From Bacteroidia bacterium (GTDB taxonomy: Bacteria > Bacteroidota > Bacteroidia > NS11-12g > UBA9320): DNA of 64,000 nucleotides. Below the pieces are notes generated by a model that made no database searches, was not told where the DNA came from, and saw only the letters and a list, made by a program, of their open reading frames with translations. The stretch is from assembly GCA_017857855.1 (NCBI GenBank), contig JAFMCI010000002.1:20727-84726 (forward strand). Reading direction: 5' to 3'. Of the stretch, positions 1 through 10,096 are shown one piece after another (within the stretch, counting starts at the first letter, position 1; each line of letters opens with the position of its first letter). A program made the translations under genes and the position numbers.

Positions 1-128
1 GTACAGTGAATACCTGTAAACTCTTCCAGTACAACCTTCTTGTTTTGGGCGGTCGTACTCACAATTGTTTGAGCACTAGCAGAAAATGCCAATCCTAAAA
101 CAACTAAAAATGTAAATGTTTTTTTCAT
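1..128 (-). CDS. 5' end of a secreted protein gene that runs off the left edge
   Basis: The reverse strand reads ATG (126-128), then MKKTFTFLVVLGLAFSASAQ (signal peptide), then TIVSTTAQNKKVVLEEFTGIHC, and stays open to the window edge. Confidence 0.55.
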   Translation of the reverse strand, partial: MKKTFTFLVVLGLAFSASAQTIVSTTAQNKKVVLEEFTGIHC

Positions 129-277
129 GTTAAATATTTTTTTGTTACGATGTTATGCAACAAATATATAAATTAAATTTATTTCAGACGGTGTTAAAAA
201 AGAATGTTAAAAATATGACCATAAAACAATATCAAATTAAAATAGTACAACCTATGCATTTCTATTATAGCATGACC

Positions 278-1144
278 TTAAACTATTTTATAGTTTTTGT
301 ATTCACCTATTCTCCAACCTGTAAGCTTTTCAACTAAATAGATGAATTTCAACTTCAGACTAAATGACTTTATACTAGGATCTCTGTCAAAATGCCAATT
401 AACACTCGCTATCCGTTCTGTCATAACCGCAGGATGACTTCCCTCAAATCGCGCAATCGAATCTACTTGTGTATAATCAAAATCTGCATCCGCGTCAAAT
501 TTTTGTTCGATATAATCATCACTATGCCAGAGCTTATTCGCCTCCAACACCTTAGCCATTTGATACTTTGGATGCCTAACCCAACCGTAATGAAATACTG
601 TTGCATCCAAGGATTTTACGTTTAGTTTTCTTCCTGCTTTTCTAAAACCTTGCGCATCCCGATAACTTTTGATCTGTGGGTCGTTTTTAATAATTCGTAT
701 TTCGTTTCTATACCACTTTTTAGAATCTCCTAAAAAATCATAGCTTCCATAAAAGTGTGCATATTTAAATAATAAGCCGTCTACCTTGTCATTATCCTTA
801 AAGAAAGCCATTTTGGTCCTGAGCTCTTCATAGTACTTTTCATGAATACATTCGTCACCTTGTATGTAAAAACACCAATCTGCTTTGGGATTAACAGCAC
901 TTAATGCCTTGTCTGTTTCCACAGCAAGTACCTTACCCCCTTCTCTTAAGCCGTCATCCCAAATAGTATCTATTATTCTTATTTTCGAACCTAAACTTTC
1001 TATTAATAATCGCGTATCGTCATCACTTTCACCAACAGCAACAACCATTTCATCCACTACAGGTAAAATTGATAAGATAGCCTCCTTAACAGGATAGTCT
1101 AATTTTATAGCATTTCGAATAAACGTAAATCCACTTACAAACAC
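278..1144 (-). CDS. Glycosyltransferase family 2-like protein
   Basis: 288-aa ORF with a GTG start. The N-terminal 'SGFTFIRNA' and acidic 'VGESDDDT'/'YIQGDE' motifs resemble small GT-A glycosyltransferases of Bacteroidota. Recognised by eye only. Confidence 0.55.
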   Translation of the reverse strand: MFVSGFTFIRNAIKLDYPVKEAILSILPVVDEMVVAVGESDDDTRLLIESLGSKIRIIDTIWDDGLREGGKVLAVETDKALSAVNPKADWCFYIQGDECIHEKYYEELRTKMAFFKDNDKVDGLLFKYAHFYGSYDFLGDSKKWYRNEIRIIKNDPQIKSYRDAQGFRKAGRKLNVKSLDATVFHYGWVRHPKYQMAKVLEANKLWHSDDYIEQKFDADADFDYTQVDSIARFEGSHPAVMTERIASVNWHFDRDPSIKSFSLKLKFIYLVEKLTGWRIGEYKNYKIV

Positions 1145-1162
1145 GAAGCAAAAGTAAACCTA

Positions 1163-1170
1163 TACATTTG
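1163..1170 (+). promoter_or_regulatory. Bacteroidota-type -7 promoter box TACATTTG
   Basis: Exact match to TAnnTTTG, 9 nt upstream of the ATG at 1180. Confidence 0.45.
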
Positions 1171-1179
1171 TGATACCAT

Positions 1180-1950
1180 ATGTGTTACGACATTAAAACT
1201 TCCCTTGAAAAGCAATTACGACGAGCGTTAATGGACGGCCATAAAGATTTGGTCTCAGAAATAAATAAGAAACTTAGTATTTTTAGCGATTCAGAAATAA
1301 ACCTTTACCACGCTTCAGGTTTTGATCATCCTAAAATGTTTATTTATACAAGTGACTCACCAAAGTTACCAATTGTTGCAACATGGGGTTTGGTTCCCAC
1401 ATGGAGTAACGACAAAGAAGCTATTTGGGATAAAACACTTAATGCACGTGGTGAGACTATCTTTGAAAAGCCAGCATTTAAAGAATCTGCATCATCCAAA
1501 CGATGTATTATTTTTTTAGAAGGTTTTTATGAGCATCACCATAAGTCAGGGAGTTCAATCCCTTATTTTATTAAGCTAAAAGACAAAGAAATTTTTGCCG
1601 TTGCGGGTTTATGGTCTGAATGGCTAGATAATAAAGGTGAAATTCTCAGAACGTTTACCATTGTAACTACAACTGGCAACACCCTTATGGCTAAAATTCA
1701 CAACAATCCCAAACTTACTGAACCGAGAATGCCCTTAATTCTTGATGAAGTAATGCAAGAAAAATGGTTAAACAATAAGTTAAATATGCTAGATGTAATA
1801 GCGCTTATCCAACCTTTACCGTCTGTGGAGCTCATTGCTCATCCCGTTGGACCTATAAAAGGTAAAAATGCAATCGGTAACAAACCGAACGTGACAGAAG
1901 AGTTAAAGTATGCGTTACTAGAAAGCGGCGAGCAACTTCAAATGTTCTAA
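1180..1950 (+). CDS. SOS response-associated peptidase (SRAP/YedK family) abasic-site processing protein
   Basis: Cys2 follows the initiator Met ('MC...'). Also present: 'WGLVPTW', 'LNARGET', 'RCIIFLEGFYEHH' and 'IHN...RMPLIL', which match the SRAP Cys/Asn/Glu/His core. Confidence 0.8.
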   Translation: MCYDIKTSLEKQLRRALMDGHKDLVSEINKKLSIFSDSEINLYHASGFDHPKMFIYTSDSPKLPIVATWGLVPTWSNDKEAIWDKTLNARGETIFEKPAFKESASSKRCIIFLEGFYEHHHKSGSSIPYFIKLKDKEIFAVAGLWSEWLDNKGEILRTFTIVTTTGNTLMAKIHNNPKLTEPRMPLILDEVMQEKWLNNKLNMLDVIALIQPLPSVELIAHPVGPIKGKNAIGNKPNVTEELKYALLESGEQLQMF

Positions 1951-2003
1951 AAGTTTTACCCTAAAAATAAAACCTTAGAAATTGGTTTCACTACTTTCGC
2001 ACG

Positions 2004-3446
2004 ATGAATGTAAGAGACCTTGAACCAAAATCTGTTTGGAATAATTTCGCTGACCTAAACGAAGTACCTAGACCAAGTAAGAAAGAAGAACGCGTTATTA
2101 AATTTATGCAAGAATTCGGTGCTTCACTGGGTTTAGAAACATACACAGATGCCTGTGGTAATGTGATTATCCAAAAACCTGCTACAGCTGGAATGGAAGA
2201 TAAGCAGACGGTTATACTTCAAAGTCACTTAGACATGGTTCATCAAAAAAATGCCAATACTGAATTTGACTTTGATACGCAAGGTATTGAAATGTATGTG
2301 GATGGAGATTGGGTCAGAGCAAAAGGTACAACTCTTGGCGCTGATAATGGTATGGGTGTAGCAGCGATAATGGCTGTATTACAATCTACCAATATACCAC
2401 ACCCACCCATAGAAGCTCTTTTTACTATTGATGAAGAAACGGGAATGACTGGCGCAATGCAGCTGGAAATGGGTATCTTAAAAGGTACTATATTATTAAA
2501 TCTAGATACAGAAGATGATGATGAGTTTAGTATAGGTTGTGCTGGAGGAATAGATACCAATACACGTTATGACTATGCAGAAACAGCTATTTCAAGCGGT
2601 TCTCAAACCTACAATATCATCGTTAATGGATTAAATGGCGGTCACTCTGGCGTTCAAATAAACGAAGAGTTAGGTAATGCAAACAAAATAATGAATCGAC
2701 TTATGTATGACTGTGAAGTATTTAACCTTCAAATAGTTAGCGTAAATGGCGGAAGTCTTAGAAATGCCATCCCTCGAGAAAGTTTTGCTACTATTTCGGT
2801 TAATCCTGCGTATTTGGACGAATTTAACACCCGAGCAAATGATATTAAGGCGGAATTTACCATTCAAGATGCCAATCTTAATATCCAAATAGAGGCTACA
2901 ACCCAAGCTAGTAAAGCCATGAGCCTCGAAGATACTAAAAAGGTAACTACTACTATATATGGAGTTCATAATGGTGTATTTAGATACAGCCGAGCCATTC
3001 CTGGACTGGTAGAAACATCATCTTCTTTTGCACGTGTAATCATTAAAGACGGTAGCTTTATTACGCAAAGTTTACAACGTAGCTCATTAGAAAGTGGCAA
3101 ATACGATGTTGCTTACACCGTTGCTGCACCGTTTAGATTAATGGGCTGTACCATTGAGCAGGGTGGTTCTTACCCTGGATGGGCACCTAACCCTACATCT
3201 CCTATTTTAGATGTATTAGAAGCAAAATACCAAGAATTATTTGGAGACAAACCAAAAGTTATGGCCATTCACGCGGGTTTAGAATGTGGTCTTTTAGGTG
3301 AGCGCGTGCCGGGACTCGACATGATAAGTTTTGGTCCTACTATAAAAGGAGCGCATAGTCCTGATGAGCGTTGTAGTATATCTTCTACTGCTAAGTTCTG
3401 GAAGTTCTTAATGGTTATTTTGGCAAATATCCCATCAAAAGCATAG
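2004..3446 (+). CDS. pepD: Aminoacyl-histidine dipeptidase (M20 family, PepD)
   Basis: 480 aa. Motifs 'SHLDMV', 'GADNGMGVA', 'DEETGMTGA' and C-terminal 'GPTIKGAHSPDE' match the typical PepD layout. Confidence 0.85.
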   Translation: MNVRDLEPKSVWNNFADLNEVPRPSKKEERVIKFMQEFGASLGLETYTDACGNVIIQKPATAGMEDKQTVILQSHLDMVHQKNANTEFDFDTQGIEMYVDGDWVRAKGTTLGADNGMGVAAIMAVLQSTNIPHPPIEALFTIDEETGMTGAMQLEMGILKGTILLNLDTEDDDEFSIGCAGGIDTNTRYDYAETAISSGSQTYNIIVNGLNGGHSGVQINEELGNANKIMNRLMYDCEVFNLQIVSVNGGSLRNAIPRESFATISVNPAYLDEFNTRANDIKAEFTIQDANLNIQIEATTQASKAMSLEDTKKVTTTIYGVHNGVFRYSRAIPGLVETSSSFARVIIKDGSFITQSLQRSSLESGKYDVAYTVAAPFRLMGCTIEQGGSYPGWAPNPTSPILDVLEAKYQELFGDKPKVMAIHAGLECGLLGERVPGLDMISFGPTIKGAHSPDERCSISSTAKFWKFLMVILANIPSKA

Positions 3447-3555
3447 TTAGCTAAAGCTTATTTAAGCAATATATAAACGCTTAAATAGTGTTTTGTACAC
3501 TTAACCGCTTTCCTAGATTGTAAATCACCTGCGTATTAATTCGTAAAATAAAAAA

Positions 3556-4422
3556 ATGGCTTCTTCTTTTTTTGCTTTGTTAGATGACATATCTGCCTTA
3601 ATGGATGATGTGGCTACCATGAGTAAAGTGGCTACACAAAAAACCGTAGGTATACTGGGTGACGATCTGGCTGTAAATGCAGAAAAAGCTTCCGGCTTTT
3701 TAACGAATAGAGAATTACCTGTTCTTTGGAAAATTGGAAAAGGCTCATTACTTAATAAGCTAATCATATTACCATTTGCTTTCTTACTTAGTGCTTTTAT
3801 GCCCTCAGTAATTACCTTTATCTTAATTTTGGGTGGTATATACCTAGCCTACGAGGGAGTAGAGAAAATTATTGAGTTTCTATTTCATTCGAAGGAACAG
3901 AAGGTTTCTGTAATACGTTCAGAAATGACTCAGCAAGAGATGATTGATGAAGAAAACAGTAAAGTTAAGTCAGCAATTTTAGTAGATTTCATCCTATCCA
4001 TTGAAATTATTATTATAGCGCTGAGCACGGTAACTCAAAGCGACTTAATAACACGGATAGCTGTGGTAAGTCTAATTGCACTTTTGGCTACTGTAGGCGT
4101 ATACGGCATAGTAGCACTGATTGTTCGGATGGATGACATTGGCTTCAAACTACTCAAATCCAATAGAAACAAGATTACAAACGCTATAGGAATCACACTA
4201 GTAAATGCCTTGCCCTTCGTTATTAAAACATTAAATGTGGTAGGAACCATAGCTTTGATTTTAGTTTCAGGGGGTATTTTTACGCACAACATTGAAATTA
4301 TTCATCAACTAACCGTTCCTATCCCAAAGTTAACCGGCGATTTTATCATTGGATTAATAACCGGTATTATTGCATTTACTATTATTTCAATTTTCAATAA
4401 ATGGAAAACTAGCTTTAATTAA
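3556..4422 (+). CDS. DUF808 family inner-membrane protein (YedI-like)
   Basis: The N-terminus 'FFALLDDISALMDDVATMSKVA' is characteristic of DUF808. It is followed by several hydrophobic helices. Confidence 0.7.
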   Translation: MASSFFALLDDISALMDDVATMSKVATQKTVGILGDDLAVNAEKASGFLTNRELPVLWKIGKGSLLNKLIILPFAFLLSAFMPSVITFILILGGIYLAYEGVEKIIEFLFHSKEQKVSVIRSEMTQQEMIDEENSKVKSAILVDFILSIEIIIIALSTVTQSDLITRIAVVSLIALLATVGVYGIVALIVRMDDIGFKLLKSNRNKITNAIGITLVNALPFVIKTLNVVGTIALILVSGGIFTHNIEIIHQLTVPIPKLTGDFIIGLITGIIAFTIISIFNKWKTSFN

Positions 4423-4464
4423 TTATTGTTTTTAAAACCGTAACTAAACAACATAAATGTCATT

Positions 4465-5172
4465 ATGAACAAACCTACCCACGTTATCTTTTTATTAGTC
4501 TTATTTCTTTCCGCTTCATCTTCCTGCAAGACTCTAACAACAAGTAACGGTGAAAAAATAAAACCTTTTAAGGGTACCATAATTTATGATGTTCAAGTTG
4601 TTCAAGTTGTGGATACTTCTTACGTAGGAGATAAAAAATATTTTTTTGGAGACCAGATGCATCTTACTGTTTTTAGAAACGGAGATATTCAGCGTAAGTA
4701 TTTCAATTCATCAAGATTAGGTTACGATTTAGATTATATGGATATTAAGCACAATATTTACATCTCTAAATACAATAATTCAGATTCTTTTTACCAAGAA
4801 AATGCTAAAATAGCTAATATGGCTAAAGTTAGGGATCTGCCTCTATCAAAGGAAAGCGAAAAGATTCTTTCTTATGACTTAAAAGAAATAGCTATTGGAG
4901 CACAAGAAACAGCAACATCTTTAGCAAAAGGGTCTTTTTTAGGTTTAAGATACTGGCACAGCGGTATACTTAAAGTGGATAAATCACGCTACAACGAAAT
5001 TAATCATGACTTATGGTCCTATTTTATGAATAAAAGTGATGGTTCGCTCTGTTTAAAATATGAAATAGATTACTTCACCTATAAGGTTACCTATACTGCC
5101 ATTGGAATCTTACCGGGTAAGTTCGAAAAACATAAAGCAATAAGTGACGAATCACTTAGAGTTATTAAATAA
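4465..5172 (+). CDS. Hypothetical lipoprotein
   Basis: Signal peptide with lipobox-like 'LSASSSC'. I recognise no family. Confidence 0.5.
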   Translation: MNKPTHVIFLLVLFLSASSSCKTLTTSNGEKIKPFKGTIIYDVQVVQVVDTSYVGDKKYFFGDQMHLTVFRNGDIQRKYFNSSRLGYDLDYMDIKHNIYISKYNNSDSFYQENAKIANMAKVRDLPLSKESEKILSYDLKEIAIGAQETATSLAKGSFLGLRYWHSGILKVDKSRYNEINHDLWSYFMNKSDGSLCLKYEIDYFTYKVTYTAIGILPGKFEKHKAISDESLRVIK

Positions 5173-5569
5173 CAATAAGTGATTCATATTCTAAACCTTC
5201 GCTAATAATGCATCCGTCTTGGATCATTTGAAATAATTCCAATTCTCTCTCTTTGGTATAAGACTTTTTAGCGATATGGTATTCGTTAATATTTTCATCA
5301 ATAATAACACGTACAAGTTGTATTTCGGTAGCGTCGCACTTAAAATAATAGGCGACATCTTTTTCTACTTTATTAAGGTATTTCAATTTTCGTAGAACTC
5401 CCTCCCACACCACATCACTAAATTGATTAATTATTTTATCCGCATTAACAGGCTCATTTTCTTTTATTGCAATCCAATCATCAGCAGTAATGCCATTTAC
5501 CACTAGAAACTTAATAAAATCATCCTCTAATTTTTCCAATTCGTTTACAGGAATAACATGGTATTTCAT
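5165..5569 (-). CDS. Conserved hypothetical cytoplasmic protein
   Basis: 134-aa ORF with an ATG start and no signal peptide. It overlaps the convergent neighbour by 8 nt. Function unknown. Confidence 0.5.
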   Translation of the reverse strand: MKYHVIPVNELEKLEDDFIKFLVVNGITADDWIAIKENEPVNADKIINQFSDVVWEGVLRKLKYLNKVEKDVAYYFKCDATEIQLVRVIIDENINEYHIAKKSYTKERELELFQMIQDGCIISEGLEYESLIVI

Positions 5570-5679
5570 TAGAACAAATTTAGCTTAATAAAAAAAGAAA
5601 TAGAATTCAAGCGGCGATAACTTAAAATATTTATCAGGAAATAATCTTGCCTAAGTACCGGTAATCTTTAGGACAATAT

Positions 5680-5687
5680 TAAATTTG
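5680..5687 (+). promoter_or_regulatory. -7 promoter box TAAATTTG
   Basis: Exact TAnnTTTG match 6 nt before the ATG at 5694. The ORF-track TTG start (5685) lies inside this box. Confidence 0.45.
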
Positions 5688-5693
5688 CAGCAA

Positions 5694-6185
5694 ATGTTAA
5701 TAGGAAAAGATACCGTAGTAGGTGTTAACTACGCTTTAGACGTAGACGGGATGCAACTTGACGCATCAGGAGATACTCCTCTTACTTACCTTCACGGCCA
5801 TGGTATGATGATACCTGGTTTTGAAAGACAACTTGAAGGACTAGCAGAAGGAGATACGTATGATTTTATGGTAACAGCTGCTGAGGGTTATGGCGAATTA
5901 AATCCAGATGCTATCACTGATTTGGATAAACAAATATTCTTGATTGATGGTAATTTGAGTACCGAAGTTTTTGAAGGTGCGCAATTACAACTAACCAACC
6001 AAGATGGACAACCAATGGTAGGCGTAGTAGCTGCCGTAGGTGAAGATACCGTTACTATGGATTTTAATCACCAACTTGCAGGTAAAGACTTACACTTTGC
6101 TGGAAGTATTGCTGCACTTCGCGCAGCTACCGAAGAAGAAATCGCCCACGGTCACGTGCACGGACCTGGTGGACATAATCACTAA
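5694..6185 (+). CDS. slyD: FKBP-type peptidyl-prolyl isomerase, SlyD-like, with a His-rich tail
   Basis: Motifs 'YLHGHGMMIPGFERQLEG', an IF-domain-like insert and 'HQLAGKDLHF'. The C-terminus 'HGHVHGPGGHNH' is a metal-binding tail. Start moved to the ATG at 5694. Confidence 0.8.
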   Translation: MLIGKDTVVGVNYALDVDGMQLDASGDTPLTYLHGHGMMIPGFERQLEGLAEGDTYDFMVTAAEGYGELNPDAITDLDKQIFLIDGNLSTEVFEGAQLQLTNQDGQPMVGVVAAVGEDTVTMDFNHQLAGKDLHFAGSIAALRAATEEEIAHGHVHGPGGHNH

Positions 6186-6204
6186 TAGGTAGAAAATATA
6201 ACTT

Positions 6205-6241
6205 AAGAGCCGCTTTGAATAATTAAGGCGGCTCTTTTTTG
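6205..6241. terminator. Rho-independent terminator between convergent genes
   Basis: Stem AAGAGCCGC/GCGGCTCTT followed by a T-run, after slyD. Confidence 0.7.
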
Positions 6242-6260
6242 TGAATTTTTTAACACTCTA

Positions 6261-6854
6261 TTATCCTATTTTAGCAAGCACATGAACCACTGTGAGGGAT
6301 CCATTCGTCGGGTCATAATAGGAAGCAAGGCCGCTTATTTGAAAATTTGAATTAAGGATATTTTTTTTGTGAAACTCGCTTTGTAACCATGCATAGAGCA
6401 TATAATTTGCGGCTTCTTCATATGTTGCGGCAACCGTTAGTTTTGTAGATCCATCAAGTTGATAATTATAAGTCGGCTTTAGCACATACGTTTGAGCGAG
6501 ATTCTCCCCAACTTCGTATTTCTTAACATTTAGGATTAACTTTAACCTATCTTCAACAGTTCGTTTATCTGCTTTAGGCTGATAATGGGTTAACTCCTTG
6601 TTGGTTTTTAAAAACTCAATATGATCTAAAGCTACTTTATACACTAGAACATTAGCAATCAAAGGAGTCACTTTTTGCTCCTGTCGGTATACGTTAATTT
6701 TATCGAGAAGTACCTTTTCGAAAAGCTTGTGATTAAATGATTGTGGATTAATACTATCAGCTGTGTTTTGCGCGTAACCATTTAAAATCATTAGCCATAA
6801 CATACAAAATACACTACTTATTTTTATCATTCTGTTATTCTCTATTTTGTTCAT
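6261..6854 (-). CDS. Secreted CAP/SCP (YkwD-like) domain protein
   Basis: Signal peptide, plus C-terminal 'AWLQSEFHKKNILNSNFQISG', which resembles the CAP-domain signature. Confidence 0.5.
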   Translation of the reverse strand: MNKIENNRMIKISSVFCMLWLMILNGYAQNTADSINPQSFNHKLFEKVLLDKINVYRQEQKVTPLIANVLVYKVALDHIEFLKTNKELTHYQPKADKRTVEDRLKLILNVKKYEVGENLAQTYVLKPTYNYQLDGSTKLTVAATYEEAANYMLYAWLQSEFHKKNILNSNFQISGLASYYDPTNGSLTVVHVLAKIG

Positions 6855-6892
6855 ACGCCACTTTTATAGCTCTAACCCGATTTAGTTATTTT

Positions 6893-7819
6893 TTACTCCT
6901 TTATAAAGTCTATTGACTGCTTAAGCTTCATATAACCCGCACGTTTTACAGCCGATTTTTTAAATACCTCTTTGAAAATATCCTCTGTCATCTCTGTCCA
7001 ATCTTCTTTATGTAATTCTTCTAACTTTTCATGAGCAGAAAATGAAGATGTTTGATGAGGATGCGAAAATTTATTCCATGGACATACGTCTTGACAAATA
7101 TCACAACCAAATGCCCAACCCTCCATCTGATTTTTAAAATCCTTTGGAATCTGATCCCTTAACTCTATAGTTAAGTACGATATACATTTTGTACTATCTA
7201 CTACTTTGTCAGAAACAATTGCATCTGTAGGACATGAATCTATACATGCCGTACACGTTCCGCAATGATCTGTGGTAACATTATCAGATACAAGATCTAG
7301 GTCTAAAATCAGTTCAGAGATAAAATAAAAACTGCCCTTTTGTTTTGTAATGAGCATACTATTTTTACCAACCCAACCCAATCCACTTTTTGCGGCCCAA
7401 GCTCTATCTAAAACAGGTGCACTGTCTACGAATACTCTCCCTCCCACATCACCTATTCGTTCATTAATTAAAGCTAAAAATATTTTTAGCTTATCTTTTA
7501 TTACAAAATGGTAGTCCATTCCGTAGGCATACTTAGCTATTTTAATGTTCTCTTGATCAAAATTTTCAGCGGGAGAGTAATTAAGAAGCAAGGAGACAAC
7601 CGATTTCGAATCCTCCACCAGTTTGGTAGGATCGACCCGTTTTTCGAAATGGTTTTCCATCCATTTCATTTTACCGTGATAGCCTTTACTAAGCCATTTT
7701 TCTAGATTAACGGCATCTGCGTTAAGCTGTTCGGCTCTGCTAATTCCGCAAAAATCAAATCCAAGTTCGTTCGCTATTTCTTTAATAATAAGGGAATTAC
7801 GAGCAGCAGCGTTATACAT
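6893..7819 (-). CDS. queG: tRNA epoxyqueuosine(34) reductase
   Basis: Ferredoxin motifs '[16 protein letters not shown]' and '[11 protein letters not shown]'. Length and order match QueG. Confidence 0.85.
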   Translation of the reverse strand: MYNAAARNSLIIKEIANELGFDFCGISRAEQLNADAVNLEKWLSKGYHGKMKWMENHFEKRVDPTKLVEDSKSVVSLLLNYSPAENFDQENIKIAKYAYGMDYHFVIKDKLKIFLALINERIGDVGGRVFVDSAPVLDRAWAAKSGLGWVGKNSMLITKQKGSFYFISELILDLDLVSDNVTTDHCGTCTACIDSCPTDAIVSDKVVDSTKCISYLTIELRDQIPKDFKNQMEGWAFGCDICQDVCPWNKFSHPHQTSSFSAHEKLEELHKEDWTEMTEDIFKEVFKKSAVKRAGYMKLKQSIDFIKE

Positions 7820-7827
7820 CGATACAT

Positions 7828-8859
7828 TTAAAATAAACTGGGTGTCTGTCCTTTTTTAAAGTCTCTTCCTAAATGGGTATATGCGAGTTCTGTCACCTCT
7901 CTGCCCCTAGCTGTTCGCTGCATGAAACCTTCTTTGATTAAAAATGGTTCATACACTTCTTCAATAGTACCTGCATCTTCGCTAACTGCTGTTGCAATAG
8001 TATTAAGCCCCACAGGTCCACCTTTAAACTTATCTATAATAGCTGCCAAAATTCTATTGTCCATCTCATCTAGACCTCTCGAATCTACATTTAATGCATC
8101 TAAGGCCAGCTTCGCAATATCTATTCCAATACTGCCATCTCCTTTTATTTGTGCAAAATCTCTTGTTCTTCTGAGCAATGCATTGGCTATACGCGGTGTG
8201 CCCCTACTCCTTCCAGCGATTTCCAATGCTGCTTTGTGATCGATAGGTACGTTCAGAATTTCTGCCGACCTGCCAACTATTTCTGTGAGCAGTGAAGTAT
8301 CATAATATTCTAACCTGCACGTGATTCCAAATCTTGCGCGTAATGGAGCCGTTAGTAATCCACTGCGTGTGGTTGCTCCAATTAAGGTAAATGGGCTAAT
8401 GCCGATTTGTATGCTTCGTGCATTAGGACCTGTGTCGAGTAAGATGTCTATCTTATAATCTTCCATGGCAGAGTACAAATACTCCTCAATTACAGGACTA
8501 AGTCGATGTATCTCGTCAATGAATAAAACATCTCCTTCAGACAGATTAGTTAACAATCCAGCTAAATCACCTGGCTTTTCTAATACAGGTCCACTGGTTA
8601 TTTTAATACCACTATTTAACTCGTTAGCAATAATATTTGCTAAAGTGGTTTTTCCTAATCCCGGAGGTCCATGCAACAATACATGATCTAGTGCTTCGCC
8701 CCGTTGATTGGCGGCTTGCACAAAAATCTTAAGATTATCTAAAATTTTTTCTTGACCCGTAAAATCATCAAAGGAAATAGGTCTTAAAACCCTTTCAATG
8801 TCCCTCTCTTGATCGGAGAAACCTTCACTGGTGCCATCCAAAATATCTTTGCTCACCAA
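7828..8859 (-). CDS. ruvB: Holliday junction branch-migration helicase RuvB
   Basis: Walker A 'GPPGLGKTT', 'LFIDEIHRL' and '[13 protein letters not shown]'. GTG start. Confidence 0.95.
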   Translation of the reverse strand: MVSKDILDGTSEGFSDQERDIERVLRPISFDDFTGQEKILDNLKIFVQAANQRGEALDHVLLHGPPGLGKTTLANIIANELNSGIKITSGPVLEKPGDLAGLLTNLSEGDVLFIDEIHRLSPVIEEYLYSAMEDYKIDILLDTGPNARSIQIGISPFTLIGATTRSGLLTAPLRARFGITCRLEYYDTSLLTEIVGRSAEILNVPIDHKAALEIAGRSRGTPRIANALLRRTRDFAQIKGDGSIGIDIAKLALDALNVDSRGLDEMDNRILAAIIDKFKGGPVGLNTIATAVSEDAGTIEEVYEPFLIKEGFMQRTARGREVTELAYTHLGRDFKKGQTPSLF

Positions 8860-8963
8860 GCGAAAGTAAATATAGAAACCTAAAGGTAGGCAACGTTTTT
8901 TATAAACATTTCATCTATAAGACCTCAATAGTTAAGCCTCACACGTTTTATTTGTCCTAATTA

Positions 8964-10052
8964 ATGTCTAAAAACATATTAACATCACTACTTTTATGTC
9001 TGTTTACTTCCATATCCGTTGGTCAGGTAAAGGTTTCGGATATCGTTTTCAAAAAAAAACAAATTGACTTAGGAGCGATATACCAGGAGAGTGGCGTGAC
9101 TTCATGTGTATTTGAGTTTACCAATAATAGTACGAATGACTTTGTAATTCGCTCTCTAGAAGTTTCCTGCGGTTGCACTACACCACATTCCAATAAAAAA
9201 ACTTACACTCCTGGGGAGTCCGGAAAAATTACCGTAAATTTTGATCCTAAAGGAATTGTCGGAAAGGTTAACAAATGGGTTCAAATAAGAGGAAATTTTT
9301 CAGATGCTCTTGATGTTGAGCTTACATTTAATGCAGAAATAAAAGTATTTGCTGAGCGGGATAAATCTGCTTACTACCCTGGTGAATTTGGATATTTACT
9401 GATAGAAAAATTAAAATTGAATTGGGAAAATAAGATGAATAATGCCGTTTTCTACGATACAGTGAGGTTAGAGAATGACGGATATGCTGACATTCAATTG
9501 CAAGAATTTGTTGATCTTCCTTCGTTTATCGAACCTCTAAACTTTCCCATAAATTTAAAACCACATGAGTTAGGAATGTTGGTTCTTAAAATTGATTTAT
9601 CCCTTGCCGATACTATCGGCCCTTTGGCGGGTTCACTCAAGATAAATACGACAGACAAATATTTTAAACGAAAACAAATAGACTACTACCTCGATGTCAA
9701 GTCAGATTATTCTTCATTAACTAGGCGTCAATTAAAAAATGCTCCAAAACTTATTCTAAGCAGTGATTTAGTGGATATGGGTACCATGAAAAGTGGCATT
9801 GTGCGCACAAAAACAATAACCATTACCAATGCCGGAAAACAGCCCCTTATTTTTAAAAGAATAGAAACAGACTGCTCTTGTGCTATTTTGAAACCAACGA
9901 AAAAAATACTAGCTACGGATGAATCTTTGGAGATTCCAGTATTTTATGATTCTCTTTTTAAAAGTGGTAAGCAATTCAAGAAAATTACGTTATATAGTAA
10001 TGACCCTGCAAATCCAATTCAAATTATTACTATTAAAGCTGACGTAAAATAA
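8964..10052 (+). CDS. Secreted protein with two DUF1573 domains
   Basis: Signal peptide. 'VSCGCTTP' and 'DCSCAIL' cysteine motifs occur in two Ig-like repeats, as is typical of DUF1573. Confidence 0.65.
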   Translation: MSKNILTSLLLCLFTSISVGQVKVSDIVFKKKQIDLGAIYQESGVTSCVFEFTNNSTNDFVIRSLEVSCGCTTPHSNKKTYTPGESGKITVNFDPKGIVGKVNKWVQIRGNFSDALDVELTFNAEIKVFAERDKSAYYPGEFGYLLIEKLKLNWENKMNNAVFYDTVRLENDGYADIQLQEFVDLPSFIEPLNFPINLKPHELGMLVLKIDLSLADTIGPLAGSLKINTTDKYFKRKQIDYYLDVKSDYSSLTRRQLKNAPKLILSSDLVDMGTMKSGIVRTKTITITNAGKQPLIFKRIETDCSCAILKPTKKILATDESLEIPVFYDSLFKSGKQFKKITLYSNDPANPIQIITIKADVK

Positions 10053-10096
10053 TTATAAACACAATTTGGCAATTAAATTGATCGTTGTAAGTTAAT

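Noticed and set aside
155-337. A 60-aa ORF in the spacer at the left end, and other 60-80-aa ORFs in spacers (for example 31490-31717).
   Set aside because: They have no motif content, they overlap promoter regions or neighbouring gene ends, and their composition is typical of random AT-rich frames.
4591-4608. A tandem 9-bp duplication GTTCAAGTT x2 (encoding VQVVQV) in the hypothetical lipoprotein gene.
   Set aside because: It has only two in-frame copies, which is too short to argue for slipped-strand variation.
9051-9059. An A9 homopolymer inside the DUF1573 gene (coding FKKKQ), considered as a possible phase-variation tract.
   Set aside because: Poly-A lysine runs of this length are common in AT-rich genomes. 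The gene is intact, and there is no supporting evidence.
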